Shown one piece after another: positions 18,345 to 28,473 of a stretch of DNA of 32,000 nucleotides. The stretch is from Vibrio cholerae ATCC 14035 (GTDB lineage: Bacteria; Pseudomonadota; Gammaproteobacteria; Enterobacterales; Vibrionaceae). The stretch covers positions 30,001 to 62,000 of the forward strand of contig NZ_KK211323.1 in assembly GCF_000621645.1 (NCBI RefSeq), in the 5' to 3' direction. The notes beneath the pieces were generated by a model that had not been told where the DNA came from, did no database searches, and was given only the letters and a program-made list of their open reading frames with translations. The stretch's first letter is position 1; each line of letters starts with the position of its first letter. Position numbers and translations under genes: made by a program.

Positions 18345-19862
18345 TTATCTAGCCCGGCGCTGGCGCCAGAAAGCGAACCCAATCGCTAAGCCTACCCAGA
18401 GGTAGAGTGGCGTTGTGCCCCATAGGAAGTAAGGTGTACTACCGCGAGTTGGGGTGACCGTTGCTTTTAGCACGCCAGTTTCAAATTGTGGCAACTGAGC
18501 TACGATGCGTCCTCGCTCGTCAGTGACGGCCGTCACTCCATTGTTGGTGGCGCGGATCAGCGGCTTGCCCAATTCTAAGGCGCGCATGCGAGCGATTTCC
18601 ATGTGTTGCAATGGGCCTATCGAACGACCAAACCAAGCATCATTCGAAAGCGTCAGTAGGAAGTCGGTTTCCGGCGTCACATTATCGCGTACTTGCTCAT
18701 TGAAGATGATTTCGTAGCAGAGTGCGGTGACAAATGCGAAGCCCTTTGCAATCAAATTCGGTTGCACGTAAGCCCCTTGGCTAAAGGAGGACATCGGCAA
18801 ATTAAAGAATGGAGCTAATGGACGCAGGATCTCTTCAAACGGCACGAATTCGCCAAAAGGCAACAAGTGGTACTTATGGTAGCGCAGGGTCAGATCATAA
18901 CGGTATTCGCCATGAGGCGTATCACCGACTGTCAGCACGCTATTGAAGTACTGCTTATCTTCACTTTGATTGATGATGCCAGTAATCACCGCGCTTTGGT
19001 TCATACGTGCCGCAGCATCAAGATTATGCAGAAATGAGGAGATTTCATATTCAAAAGCGGGGATCGCCGCTTCTGGCCAAATGATTACATCGGCATCCCA
19101 GTTTTCGCGAGTAAGATCGGTGTATTTCATGATGGTTGGCCAGCGCTGGCTAGGCAGCCATTTCAATCCCTGTTCGATATTGCCTTGAATCAAGGCCAGT
19201 GAGGCTGTGCGATCCGTTTGTGGGGTGACCCACTGCATGGCTTGGAGGCCATAACCCGTTGCGTAAACCACAAGAGGGATGCAAGCCATCAACCAACGGT
19301 GATTAAGCACTGCATAAGCTAAGCTACCAGCACAAAACAGCAGTAACAGAGTGATGAGCTCTACGCCACCGACGGGGGCAAAGTTGGCAAGAGGGCTATC
19401 AATTTGACTGTAACCGAGCCATAGCCAAGGAAAACCCGTCATCACCCAACCACGTAGCCAATCGGTAATCAGCCACAAAGCTGGGGCAGCACATAACCAT
19501 TTACTGCGTGAGTTGTTCGGAAAAAAGCGATTGAGTAGCCAGCCGAAAAGGCTTGGATAAAGTGCCAGATAGCCGACCAATAGAGTCATTAAAAACAGGC
19601 TGGCAATTTTGGGCATGCCGCCAAACGTATCAATACTGACGTGTACCCAACTGATACCCACCGCAAATTGACCAATCCCCCAGAGATAAGCAATCAAAGC
19701 CGCTCGCTTGGCGCTTTGTTGGTGGAGCAAAAGCAGTAGGATAAATGGGCTGAGTAGAGCCAAAGGCCAAAATTGATACGGGGCAAAAGCCAGAGGAGTT
19801 ATGACGCCAACAAAAGCGGCCGTAAGCGGCCGCATTAGGCGATGAGATAATACGCTGTTCAT
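18345..19862 (-). CDS. lnt: Apolipoprotein N-acyltransferase.
   Basis: 505 aa. Multi-TM N-terminal half plus a nitrilase-fold C-terminal half (WPE, CYE catalytic context). Confidence 0.93.
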   Translation of the reverse strand: MNSVLSHRLMRPLTAAFVGVITPLAFAPYQFWPLALLSPFILLLLLHQQSAKRAALIAYLWGIGQFAVGISWVHVSIDTFGGMPKIASLFLMTLLVGYLALYPSLFGWLLNRFFPNNSRSKWLCAAPALWLITDWLRGWVMTGFPWLWLGYSQIDSPLANFAPVGGVELITLLLLFCAGSLAYAVLNHRWLMACIPLVVYATGYGLQAMQWVTPQTDRTASLALIQGNIEQGLKWLPSQRWPTIMKYTDLTRENWDADVIIWPEAAIPAFEYEISSFLHNLDAAARMNQSAVITGIINQSEDKQYFNSVLTVGDTPHGEYRYDLTLRYHKYHLLPFGEFVPFEEILRPLAPFFNLPMSSFSQGAYVQPNLIAKGFAFVTALCYEIIFNEQVRDNVTPETDFLLTLSNDAWFGRSIGPLQHMEIARMRALELGKPLIRATNNGVTAVTDERGRIVAQLPQFETGVLKATVTPTRGSTPYFLWGTTPLYLWVGLAIGFAFWRQRRAR

Positions 19863-19902
19863 CGTCTCTTTTCTTTACTCTTACTTAGTAAGAGAGTGGG
19901 GA

Positions 19903-20778
19903 CTACTCTTCCGCAACGTGCGAAAGGGCTTCCAGATCGGGAACGGTCACTTGAAGAGCCACCACTCGGCGACTATCCGCCGCTGTCACTTTGAAGTTGT
20001 AGCCTGCAATGTCTACGACTTCACCGCGCGCGGGTAAGTGGCCGAATGCCGTCATCACCAAACCACCGACCGTATCCACTTCTTCATCACTGAATTTGGT
20101 GCCGAAAGTGTGGTTAAAGTCTTCAATTGTGGTGAGCGCTTTCACCGAAAAGGTGTGTTTGCTCAGTTGGCGAATGTCTTTTTGCTCTTCGTCGTCGAAT
20201 TCATCTTCGATGTCGCCGACGATCTCTTCCAGAATATCTTCAATGGTGACTAGGCCAGATACGCCGCCAAACTCATCCACCACAATTGCCATGTGGTAAC
20301 GCTCTTCACGGAATTCTTTGAGCAGACGGTCAACCCGTTTGCTTTCCGGAACCACGACCGCAGGGCGGATCACTTCTTGGATGTTGAATGGGGCACAGTT
20401 AGAGCCTAGATATTTGAGTAAGTCCTTCGCAAGCAGAATGCCTTCCACATGGTCTTTATCTTCGCTGATCACTGGATAACGTGAGTGCTGCGCATCCGTC
20501 ATGATGGCAACCAAAGCATCTAGGTTATGAGTACGATCGATAGTGACCATTTGTGAGCGTGGGATCATGATATCGCGCACGCGCATTTCGGCGATTTCCA
20601 TCACACCTTCGAGCATGTCGCGGGTGTCATGGTCAATCAAGTCATTGACTTCAGAGTCGCGAATCACATCGACCAGCTCTTGGCGATCTTTCGGCTCTCC
20701 CTGAAAAAGTTGACTTAGGCGTTCAAAGAAGGACTTTCTACTCGGACCTTCCGAATTCTGAGAATTGTCTTCGTTCAT
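19903..20778 (-). CDS. corC: CorC/YbeX family magnesium/cobalt efflux-associated protein (CBS pair plus CorC_HlyC domain).
   Basis: 291 aa. [15 protein letters not shown] region, conserved C-terminal domain, conserved lnt-corC-ybeY-ybeZ-miaB order. Confidence 0.9.
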   Translation of the reverse strand: MNEDNSQNSEGPSRKSFFERLSQLFQGEPKDRQELVDVIRDSEVNDLIDHDTRDMLEGVMEIAEMRVRDIMIPRSQMVTIDRTHNLDALVAIMTDAQHSRYPVISEDKDHVEGILLAKDLLKYLGSNCAPFNIQEVIRPAVVVPESKRVDRLLKEFREERYHMAIVVDEFGGVSGLVTIEDILEEIVGDIEDEFDDEEQKDIRQLSKHTFSVKALTTIEDFNHTFGTKFSDEEVDTVGGLVMTAFGHLPARGEVVDIAGYNFKVTAADSRRVVALQVTVPDLEALSHVAEE

Positions 20779-20847
20779 TATGTCTCAATTCACTAACGCT
20801 ATCAGATGTGTGATAGCTCACATAGGCCTTATCTAAAAGGATAAGGG

Positions 20848-21312
20848 TTACTCTTTTTCTGCCAGATATGGGTCGGTAAAACCCATCTCTTGCATAATTT
20901 CGGTTTCGAGAGATTCCATCTCTTCGGCTTCATCATCCTCGATGTGGTCATAACCTAGCAGATGCAGGCTGCCATGTACAACCATATGCGCCCAATGTGC
21001 TTGCAAAGGCTTATTTTGCTCAATTGCTTCACGCTCAACGACTTGGCGGCAAATCACCAAGTCGCCAAGCAGATCCATTTCCATCCCCGGAGGAGCTTCA
21101 AATGGAAAAGACAGCACATTGGTCGGTTTATCTTTACCACGGTAGTTCAAATTCAGCGCATGGCTTTCTGCTTCATCGACAATGCGAACCGTCACCTCAG
21201 CTTGTGGCTGAAACGGCGTGATGGTTCGAGAGAGCCACAACGCAAACTCCGCTTCACTTGGTAGCCCATGTTCATTTTCGACTGCCAATTGCAAATCCAG
21301 TTCAATACTCAT
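20848..21312 (-). CDS. ybeY: Endoribonuclease YbeY (16S rRNA 3' maturation).
   Basis: 154 aa with the zinc motif [11 protein letters not shown]. Confidence 0.95.
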   Translation of the reverse strand: MSIELDLQLAVENEHGLPSEAEFALWLSRTITPFQPQAEVTVRIVDEAESHALNLNYRGKDKPTNVLSFPFEAPPGMEMDLLGDLVICRQVVEREAIEQNKPLQAHWAHMVVHGSLHLLGYDHIEDDEAEEMESLETEIMQEMGFTDPYLAEKE

Positions 21313-22412
21313 GAGGGATCCGACTCATTGTTGTGGCTTAGCGTCATTTCTGCGCGCTGCATTTCGAGTAATTTATTTTCACGTTCTTCACGACGACGCT
21401 GCTCATACTCTTTGCGCTCTTTTTGATCTTGCGCTTCCCACTTTTCATAAGCGTTAACGATACGAGCAACCACTGGGTGGCGCACCACATCGTCAGCTTG
21501 GAAGAAGTTAAAGCTGATCTCATCGACTTCATTGAGCACTTCAATCGCATGGCGCAGACCGGATTTCGCGCCGCGCGGTAAGTCGATTTGCGTCACGTCA
21601 CCAGTAATGACGGCGCGCGAATTAAAACCAATCCGCGTCAGGAACATTTTCATCTGTTCAACGGTCGTGTTTTGGCTTTCATCGAGAATAATAAACGCGT
21701 CGTTTAAGGTACGACCACGCATGTACGCCAGCGGAGCGACCTCAATCACATTGCGCTCAATCAGCTTTTCTACCCGCTCAAAACCAAGCATTTCGAATAG
21801 AGCATCGTAAAGTGGGCGCAAATAAGGGTCGACTTTTTGGCTTAGATCGCCCGGCAGAAAACCGAGCTTTTCGCCCGCTTCAACCGCTGGACGAGTCAAT
21901 AGAATTCGGCGAATTTCTTGGCGCTCAAGCGCATCCACAGCAGCCGCGACCGCAAGGTAAGTTTTACCGGTACCAGCAGGGCCAACACCAAAGGTGATGT
22001 CATGGGTCACCATATTCATCAAGTATTGAGCTTGATTCGGTGTCCGCGGTTTGATCACGCCTTTTTTGGTTTTGACAAACACTTCTTTGCCGTGAGCAAT
22101 GCTGGATTCGCTGTGTTGTTCAAGCACGCCGGATTCTTTGATGGCAAGATGAATTTGCTCAGGTTCAATATCGGTAATCTGACCACGCACCGGAGCCGTT
22201 TCAACGTAAAGTGTTTTGATGATGTCGAGTGCAGCAGCGGCAGTATGAGGTTGACCCACGATAGTGAAGAAGTTGCCGCGGTAGTTGATTTCGACACCCA
22301 AGCGACGTTCAAGGTGCTTGATGTTGTCATCAAAAGGACCGCATAGGCTGGCGAGTCGGTGGTTATCGGATGGTTCTAAATTAATTTCTAAGGTTATGAT
22401 TTTATTGCTCAA
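21309..22412 (-). CDS. ybeZ: PhoH-like ATPase YbeZ.
   Basis: 367 aa. Walker A GPAGTGKT and [17 protein letters not shown]-terminal region. Apparent TTG start with a GAGAGG RBS 5 nt upstream. 4-nt overlap with ybeY. Confidence 0.9.
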   Translation of the reverse strand: MSNKIITLEINLEPSDNHRLASLCGPFDDNIKHLERRLGVEINYRGNFFTIVGQPHTAAAALDIIKTLYVETAPVRGQITDIEPEQIHLAIKESGVLEQHSESSIAHGKEVFVKTKKGVIKPRTPNQAQYLMNMVTHDITFGVGPAGTGKTYLAVAAAVDALERQEIRRILLTRPAVEAGEKLGFLPGDLSQKVDPYLRPLYDALFEMLGFERVEKLIERNVIEVAPLAYMRGRTLNDAFIILDESQNTTVEQMKMFLTRIGFNSRAVITGDVTQIDLPRGAKSGLRHAIEVLNEVDEISFNFFQADDVVRHPVVARIVNAYEKWEAQDQKERKEYEQRRREERENKLLEMQRAEMTLSHNNESDPS

Positions 22413-22426
22413 ATTTGCCTCTCAGT

Positions 22427-22466
22427 ATGTCAATAAACGTCCGATTGTGACCGGACGCTTATTGAC
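22427..22466 (-). other. Long stem-loop in the miaB-ybeZ spacer.
   Basis: 16-bp stem TGTCAATAAGCGTCCG / CGGACGTTTATTGACA on the minus-strand RNA. It is perfect if one G-U pair is allowed. The loop is 8 nt, there is no U tract, and it ends 14 nt before the ybeZ start. Confidence 0.55.
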
Positions 22467-22479
22467 AGTGTATACGAGA

Positions 22480-23904
22480 TTAAGGAGTAAATGTAGCAAC
22501 CCCAAGCTCATCCTCGCGGCGAGTCTTCGCTTTCATTTCAGAGGGAGAGGTCGCGATACGCAGATTCATCTCTTGTTCGGTACGCAGCAGTTCACCGCGC
22601 AGTGAGTTCGGGAAAACGTCGACGATCTTCACATCAACAAATTGACCGATCAGATCCGGTGAGCCTTCGAAGTTCACTACACGGTTATTTTCAGTACGGC
22701 CACGCAGCTCCATCAGATCTTTTTTCGATGGACCTTCAACCAAAATACGCTGTTCAGTACCCAGCATCAGGCGTGAATAACGCATAGCTTGGCTGTTGAT
22801 CTGCTGCTGCAGTTCGTACAGGCGTTCTTTCTTCACTTCTTCCGACAGATCGCAAGGATAGTCAGCGGCGGGTGTGCCTGGACGAGGTGAGAAAATAAAG
22901 CTAAAGCTCATGTCGAAATCGACATCGCGGATCAGCTTCATGGTGTCTTGGAAATCTTTGTCGGTTTCCCCAGGGAAGCCAACGATAAAATCAGAGCTGA
23001 TTTGAATATCTGGGCGCGCTTTACGTAGCTTACGGATGATGGATTTGTACTCAATCGCCGTATGTGGACGCTTCATCATAGTCAGAATGCGATCGCTCCC
23101 ACTTTGTACTGGCAAGTGCAGGAAGCTCACGAGCTCAGGCGTGTCTTCGTACACTGCAATAATGTCATCCGTAAATTCGAGTGGGTGGCTAGTGGTAAAG
23201 CGGATACGATCGATGCCGTCAATGGTGGCGACCAAACGCAGTAATTCAGCGAAAGAGCAAATGCCGCCATCGTGAGTGGCACCACGGTAAGCGTTGACGT
23301 TTTGACCCAGCAGGTTAACTTCACGCACCCCTTGCTCGGCAAGCTGAGCGATCTCGAACAGGACATCGTCCATAGGACGGCTGACTTCTTCACCACGAGT
23401 GTAAGGCACTACGCAGTAAGTACAGTATTTTGAGCAGCCTTCCATGATAGAAACGAACGCAGTTGGGCCTTCCGCACGTGGCTCAGGCAGGCGGTCGAAT
23501 TTTTCAATCTCAGGGAAAGAGATATCCATCACGGGCGCGTCGCTGGTTTGCGATTGTTTAATCATTTCAGGCAGACGATGAAGTGTCTGTGGGCCGAAGA
23601 TGACATCCACATAAGGTGCACGATCGCGAATCGAGTCACCTTCTTGAGTGGCAACACAGCCACCAACACCGATCACGACTCCGGGTTTTTTGTCTTTCAG
23701 GGTTTTCCAACGGCCGAGTTGGTGGAAGACTTTTTCCTGCGCCTTTTCACGAATCGAACAGGTGTTTAGGAGTAAAACGTCAGCTTCCTCGGGTATCTCT
23801 GTCAGCTCATAGCCGTTTGCAGCATTAAGCAGGTCAGCCATTTTCGATGAATCGTACTCGTTCATCTGGCAGCCCCAAGTTTTAATTAGCAGTTTCTTAC
23901 TCAT
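22480..23904 (-). CDS. miaB: tRNA-2-methylthio-N6-dimethylallyladenosine synthase.
   Basis: 474 aa. [20 protein letters not shown]-terminus. Radical-SAM motif CSKYCTYC. C-terminal TRAM region. Confidence 0.96.
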
Positions 23905-24157
23905 CTCACTTTCGCTCGTTCAATAGTTCTTCAATCATTTGAGCTGTAGCTCACATTCTAGCCGCCCTCTCGGCGGTAAGCGGCGTATTGTACTGCTTTA
24001 AAAACCGACTGACTAGTAATTGGCGGAATTCTCTTGTAACCCTTGCTGTGATTGGCTTTTTACCTTATTACGAGCAAGGTTTTAACGTAAAAAATGTCGC
24101 AATATTTCCCTTACTCCGTACAATGCCGTGAAGAGAAAATACTGGGTGGGAAAAGGT

Positions 24158-25321
24158 ATGAGTAGCAACAAATTTGACATCCTCGTGGTGGGGGGCGGCA
24201 TGGTGGGCGCGGCTGCTGCACTGGGCTTTGCACGCCAAGGACGCAAGGTTGCGGTAATTGATTCTGGCGCGCCGCACGCTTTTGAGCCCAGTCAGCCTAT
24301 GGATGTGCGTGTCTCTGCGATTTCGCAAACCTCGGTAGCACTGCTAGAAGAACTGGGTGCTTGGTCAAGTGTTGTTGGTATGCGCGCTTGTCCTTATCGT
24401 CACTTAGAAACGTGGGAACACCCAGAATGTCGAACGCGTTTTTCTTGTGAGTCGCTCGGGTTGCCACAATTAGGTTACATGGTAGAAAACCGAGTCATTC
24501 AATTAGCACTATGGCAGCAATTTGCGGCTTATCCGCAGTTGACTTTAATGTGTCCCGAACAATTGGCGCAGTTGAATGTGAGTGCAGAGGGATGCCGTGT
24601 TACCTTGCAATCGGGCGCTGAAATTGAGTGTGATTGGGTAATCGGTGCGGATGGCGCAAATTCCCAGGTGCGCAATCTGGTGCGTATCGGCGTAACGGCG
24701 TGGGATTATCGTCAACACTGTATGTTGATTAATGTGCAGACGGAGCAGATCCAACAAGAAACCACGTGGCAGCAATTTTTTCCAACAGGTCCGCGCTCCT
24801 ACTTACCTTTGGGCGGCAATCAGGCGTCTTTGGTGTGGTATGACACACCGCAGCGTATTCGCAAGCTCAGCGGTCTTAATCCGGAGCAATTGCGTAGCGA
24901 AATTCTGCAGTATTTCCCGGCCGAGTTGGGGAATATTAAAGTGTTGCAACACGGTGCTTTCCCATTAACGCGCCGTCATGCTCAGCAGTATGTGAAAAAT
25001 CGCTGTATTTTGATTGGGGATGCAGCACACACCATAAACCCATTAGCAGGGCAGGGCGTCAATTTGGGCTTTAAAGATGTGGCCGTGTTGCTGGCGCAAA
25101 CTCAAGAGCAGGCGTTAAATCAGGCATCTTTTGAACGCTATGAACGCTGCCGTCGTCCCGATAATTTACTGATGCAAACAGGGATGGACTTGTTCTACAA
25201 AACCTTCAGTAACTCAATCACACCAGTGAAGTTTCTGCGTAATGCTGCGTTGGCATTGGCTGAGCGTTCTGGCCCACTGAAAACGCAAGTGCTGCGTTAT
25301 GCCCTTGGTTTTACGAATTGA
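24158..25321 (+). CDS. ubiF: FAD-dependent ubiquinone-biosynthesis hydroxylase of the UbiH/UbiF/VisC family.
   Basis: GxGxxG dinucleotide fold (VVGGGMVGAA) and DAAH motif LIGDAAHTINPLAGQG. Divergent from miaB, as ubiF is in E. coli. Paralog assignment (UbiF versus VisC/UbiI) is not certain. ATG at 24158 is preferred over the GTG at 24128. Confidence 0.75.
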   Translation: MSSNKFDILVVGGGMVGAAAALGFARQGRKVAVIDSGAPHAFEPSQPMDVRVSAISQTSVALLEELGAWSSVVGMRACPYRHLETWEHPECRTRFSCESLGLPQLGYMVENRVIQLALWQQFAAYPQLTLMCPEQLAQLNVSAEGCRVTLQSGAEIECDWVIGADGANSQVRNLVRIGVTAWDYRQHCMLINVQTEQIQQETTWQQFFPTGPRSYLPLGGNQASLVWYDTPQRIRKLSGLNPEQLRSEILQYFPAELGNIKVLQHGAFPLTRRHAQQYVKNRCILIGDAAHTINPLAGQGVNLGFKDVAVLLAQTQEQALNQASFERYERCRRPDNLLMQTGMDLFYKTFSNSITPVKFLRNAALALAERSGPLKTQVLRYALGFTN

Positions 25322-25385
25322 ATGTTGTTTGAGATGAGCGCTAGTTAGGCGCTATTGGCTATGTCAAAAAACTCGGCCGTAAAAA

Positions 25386-25416
25386 CAAAAAACGCTGCAC
25401 TCGGCAGCGTTTTTTA
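25386..25416. terminator. Bidirectional intrinsic terminator between ubiF and crr.
   Basis: Stem AAAAAACGCTGC / GCAGCGTTTTTT with loop ACTCG, flanked by A and T runs. Confidence 0.8.
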
Positions 25417-25445
25417 CATCGAACGTTTTAAATCGAACCAAGCGA

Positions 25446-25955
25446 TTACTTGGTCACGCGTAGGATCGGTGTTTCACCTACGGTCACTGAACCAGAAAGT
25501 TTGTTCAGCTCTTTGATTTCATCCATGTTAGAGATAACAACAGGAGTCAGAGTTGATTTCGCTTTCTCTTCGAGCAGTGCCAAATCGAATTCGATGATAG
25601 TATCGCCGATTTTCACTGATTGGCCTTCTTCTGCAATACGCTTGAAGCCTTCACCTTTCAGCTCAACCGTGTCGATACCGAAGTGAACAAACAGCTCAAC
25701 GCCTTCATCTGATTCGATAGAAAACGCGTGGTTGGTTTCGAAGATTTTGCCGATAGTACCGTTAACAGGAGCTACCATTTTGTTACCAGCAGGCTTGATC
25801 GCGATACCGTCGCCAACGATTTTCTCAGCGAAAACCACATCTGGTACATCTTCGATGTTTACAATTTCACCAGAAAGAGGTGCGATGATGTCGATTGCAC
25901 CTGCGTTAGCGCTGTCGTCAGAGACTAGCTTCTTAAGTTTGTCAAACAGACCCAT
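25446..25955 (-). CDS. crr: PTS glucose-specific EIIA component.
   Basis: 169 aa with [12 protein letters not shown]-terminus and active-site region [16 protein letters not shown]. Confidence 0.97.
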   Translation of the reverse strand: MGLFDKLKKLVSDDSANAGAIDIIAPLSGEIVNIEDVPDVVFAEKIVGDGIAIKPAGNKMVAPVNGTIGKIFETNHAFSIESDEGVELFVHFGIDTVELKGEGFKRIAEEGQSVKIGDTIIEFDLALLEEKAKSTLTPVVISNMDEIKELNKLSGSVTVGETPILRVTK

Positions 25956-26001
25956 TGTGTCATGCTCCTAACGTTTTAAATTTGTTCTGTCGAAGTATAG
26001 T

Positions 26002-26053
26002 ATACCAATCGCTAAAGATAGACGACTATTTTCATCGCCTATCTCCTTGGTAT
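26002..26053 (-). other. Composite stem-loop in the ptsI-crr spacer.
   Basis: Inner 10-bp stem (26016-26025 / 26035-26044) with one G-U pair on the minus-strand RNA. Outer 7-bp stem ATACCAA / TTGGTAT. No U tract follows. Confidence 0.45.
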
Positions 26054-26063
26054 CAACCGATAA

Positions 26064-27785
26064 TTACGCTTTCGCTGCGATGAATTTATCTACGCAAGCT
26101 TCAATTTCTGCAGCCGTTGGCAGGGCAAGCGCCTCTTCAGCCATCGCTTTGATTTCCGCATAATTGGCGTTACGGATCACTTTCTTCACTTTTGGAATCG
26201 AGATGCCGCTCATTGAGAACTCATCCAGACCCATACCGAGTAGGAGTAGCGTTGCACGCTCGTCACCCGCTAATTCACCACACATACCAGTCCATTTGCC
26301 TTCTGCGTGAGAAGCATCAATCACCTGCTTGATCACGGTCAGAACCGCTGGAGAGAGTGGGTTGTAGAGGTGAGAGATCATCTCGTTACCACGGTCTACC
26401 GCTAGGGTATACTGAGTTAAATCGTTGGTACCGATAGAGAAGAAAGAGACTTCTTTTGCCAAGTGATGAGCAATCGCTGCTGCAGCTGGCGTTTCTACCA
26501 TCACACCGATTTCGATGTTTTCATCAAAAGCATGACCTTCGGTGCGCAGTTCAGCTTTGTACTCTTCAATCGCATTTTTCAGTTCACGAATTTCTTCTAC
26601 TGAAATGATCATTGGGAACATAACGCGAAGTTTGCCGTGTGCAGAGGCACGCAGAATACCGCGTAGCTGGTCACGTAGAATTTCACGGCGATCTAAGCTG
26701 ATACGAACGGCACGCCAACCCAAGAATGGGTTCATCTCTTTTGGCAGATCCATATACGGCAGGTCTTTGTCGCCGCCGATGTCCATGGTGCGGATGATAA
26801 CCGCTTGGCCATTCATCGCTTCCGCGACTTCTTTGTAGGCTTGGTACTGTTCTTCTTCTGTTGGCAGGGCATCACGATCCATAAACAGGAATTCAGTACG
26901 GTATAGGCCGACACCTTCACCACCGTTACGGATGATACCGTCACAGTCTTTCACGGTACCGATGTTGCCACACACTTCAACGCGATGGCCGTCTAGCGTT
27001 TCTGCTGGAAGATCTTTCAGCTTAGCGAGCTCTTCTTTTTCCGCTAGGAAAGCCGCTTTAACCGCTTTGGCTTCTTCAATTTGGGCTTGAGTTGGATTCA
27101 CAATGATCTTGTTGTTCATTGCGTCCAGAATCAATGTGTCGCCATTTTTCACTTTCTTAGTGATGTCGTTAGTACCGACAATCGCTGGTAGCTCTAGAGA
27201 GCGAGCCATGATAGAAGTGTGAGAGGTACGGCCGCCAATATCACATGCAAAACCGAGAACGTAGTTCAGGTTAATCTGCGCAGTTTCAGAAGGCGTTAAA
27301 TCGTAAGCAACAAGGACAACTTCTTGATCGATTTCGCTCAGCGATACGATGTGCATGCCCAGAGCATTTTTTACAAAACGTGTACCGATATCACGGATAT
27401 CTGTTGCACGTTCTTTGAGATATTCATCGTCTAAAGATTCAAGCGCAGTGGCTTGCTCTTCGATAACGGTATGAATTGCGTTATCGGCAGACATTTTTTC
27501 TTTTTTGATGAGGGCTAAAATCTCTTCTTCTAGCTCTTCATCTTCAAGCAACATGATATGGCCTTCAAAGATGGCTTCTTTTTCTTCACCAAAAGTTTCA
27601 AGTGCTTTTTGTTTGATCACTTCTAACTGCGCAGAAGATTTGTCACGCGCAGTGTAAAAGCGCTCAACTTCGGCTTCTACTTGATCGTCAGAAATGGTGT
27701 TTGTGTTTAGGACAATTTCATCTTCTTGAAGAAGTAATGCTTTACCAATAGCAATACCTGGAGATGCTAGAATGCCTGAAATCAT
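26064..27785 (-). CDS. ptsI: PTS enzyme I (phosphoenolpyruvate-protein phosphotransferase).
   Basis: 573 aa. [17 protein letters not shown]-terminus and [13 protein letters not shown] active-site His region. Confidence 0.97.
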   Translation of the reverse strand: MISGILASPGIAIGKALLLQEDEIVLNTNTISDDQVEAEVERFYTARDKSSAQLEVIKQKALETFGEEKEAIFEGHIMLLEDEELEEEILALIKKEKMSADNAIHTVIEEQATALESLDDEYLKERATDIRDIGTRFVKNALGMHIVSLSEIDQEVVLVAYDLTPSETAQINLNYVLGFACDIGGRTSHTSIMARSLELPAIVGTNDITKKVKNGDTLILDAMNNKIIVNPTQAQIEEAKAVKAAFLAEKEELAKLKDLPAETLDGHRVEVCGNIGTVKDCDGIIRNGGEGVGLYRTEFLFMDRDALPTEEEQYQAYKEVAEAMNGQAVIIRTMDIGGDKDLPYMDLPKEMNPFLGWRAVRISLDRREILRDQLRGILRASAHGKLRVMFPMIISVEEIRELKNAIEEYKAELRTEGHAFDENIEIGVMVETPAAAAIAHHLAKEVSFFSIGTNDLTQYTLAVDRGNEMISHLYNPLSPAVLTVIKQVIDASHAEGKWTGMCGELAGDERATLLLLGMGLDEFSMSGISIPKVKKVIRNANYAEIKAMAEEALALPTAAEIEACVDKFIAAKA

Positions 27786-27872
27786 AGCCTTACCTTAAAC
27801 TGGTCAACTGTAAACGGGAGAGTGGACAATCGCTAACCGTAACGTTTAGCGTATTTCTCGGGTTATTTCCAA

Positions 27873-27904
27873 CAAAGCCATTTTGCGTGAACAAAATGGC
27901 TTTG
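27873..27904 (-). other. Stem-loop 15 nt downstream of the ptsH stop, in the ptsH-ptsI spacer.
   Basis: Perfect 12-bp stem CAAAGCCATTTT / AAAATGGCTTTG with an 8-nt loop. On the minus strand it is followed by TTGGAAATAAC, a weak U tract. Confidence 0.5.
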
Positions 27905-27918
27905 AAAGGAAGACCGGA

Positions 27919-28176
27919 TTAGTGAAGTTGGTCCATCAGAGCAACTAGGTGCTCAACAGCTTCTTTTGCCTGAGGGCCTTCGGCAGAGATAGTCACGACA
28001 GTACCTTTTACCAGACCTAGCGTTTGCAGCTTGAACAGACTTTTCGCGCTTGCACTTTTACCGTTAGAAGTCACAGTGATGTCTGCATCGAAGGCTTTTG
28101 CTTCTTTAACAAACTGTGCAGCAGGACGAGTGTGAAGGCCGTTTTCTGCAGTGATTTCTACTTGCTTCTCGTACAT
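27919..28176 (-). CDS. ptsH: Phosphocarrier protein HPr.
   Basis: 85 aa with the active-site context [11 protein letters not shown] (His15). Confidence 0.97.
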   Translation of the reverse strand: MYEKQVEITAENGLHTRPAAQFVKEAKAFDADITVTSNGKSASAKSLFKLQTLGLVKGTVVTISAEGPQAKEAVEHLVALMDQLH

Positions 28177-28299
28177 GTTTTATACCCCAATGAGTTTATT
28201 TTTTGTAAGTTTGTTAACCAGATTTAGCTTAACCGCATAAACTGCTTTGTGCTAGCACTGTCACAGGCTTTTCGTGTTAGAACTAAGACTGGTCAAAAT

Positions 28300-28329
28300 A
28301 TTATCAATCGCCTTTGCTATTTTTTGCAA
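28300..28329 (-). promoter_or_regulatory. Candidate sigma70 promoter upstream of ptsH.
   Basis: Minus strand: -35 TTGCAA (28324-28329), 18-bp spacer, -10 GATAAT (28300-28305). Called by pattern only. Confidence 0.3.
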
Positions 28330-28360
28330 TTTGAGCAATTGAGCGTAAACCGTCTGCTTC

Positions 28361-28383
28361 TTTATTTTGAAGCTAAAAATAAA
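28361..28383. promoter_or_regulatory. 23-bp AT-rich inverted repeat, candidate NagC/Mlc-type operator upstream of ptsH.
   Basis: TTTATTTT-GAAGCTA-AAAATAAA has perfect 8-bp arms. Total length and AT-rich arms match the 23-bp NagC/Mlc operator architecture. A candidate promoter (minus strand: -35 TTGATC at 28414-28419, -10 TAATAT at 28392-28397) would place the repeat just after its start site. Confidence 0.3.
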
Positions 28384-28420
28384 ACATGCCGATATTACCA
28401 AAGGTGAGGCAGGGATCAAC

Positions 28421-28447
28421 AAAAAAGCCCCTGACTGGGGCTTTTTT
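28421..28447 (-). terminator. Intrinsic terminator after cysK.
   Basis: Stem AAAAAAGCCCC / GGGGCTTTTTT with a 5-nt loop, 27 nt downstream of the cysK stop. Confidence 0.8.
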
Positions 28448-28473
28448 AAACGAAAATTTGATTTAACCACGTA

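Noticed and set aside
24068-24328. 86-aa minus-strand ORF overlapping the ubiF start.
   Set aside because: It overlaps the GxGxxG-encoding 5' end of ubiF on the opposite strand. It is Arg/His-rich and has no support.
28250-28265. Calling TGTGACAGTGCTAGCA a definite CRP site.
   Set aside because: Only the left half matches well. The alternative pairing with GCACA has 8-bp spacing instead of 6. It is kept only as a hypothesis within the ptsH upstream finding.
28261-28470. 69-aa minus-strand ORF in the cysK-ptsH spacer.
   Set aside because: It runs straight through the cysK intrinsic terminator and the AT-rich promoter region. It has no RBS and its sequence looks like translated regulatory DNA.
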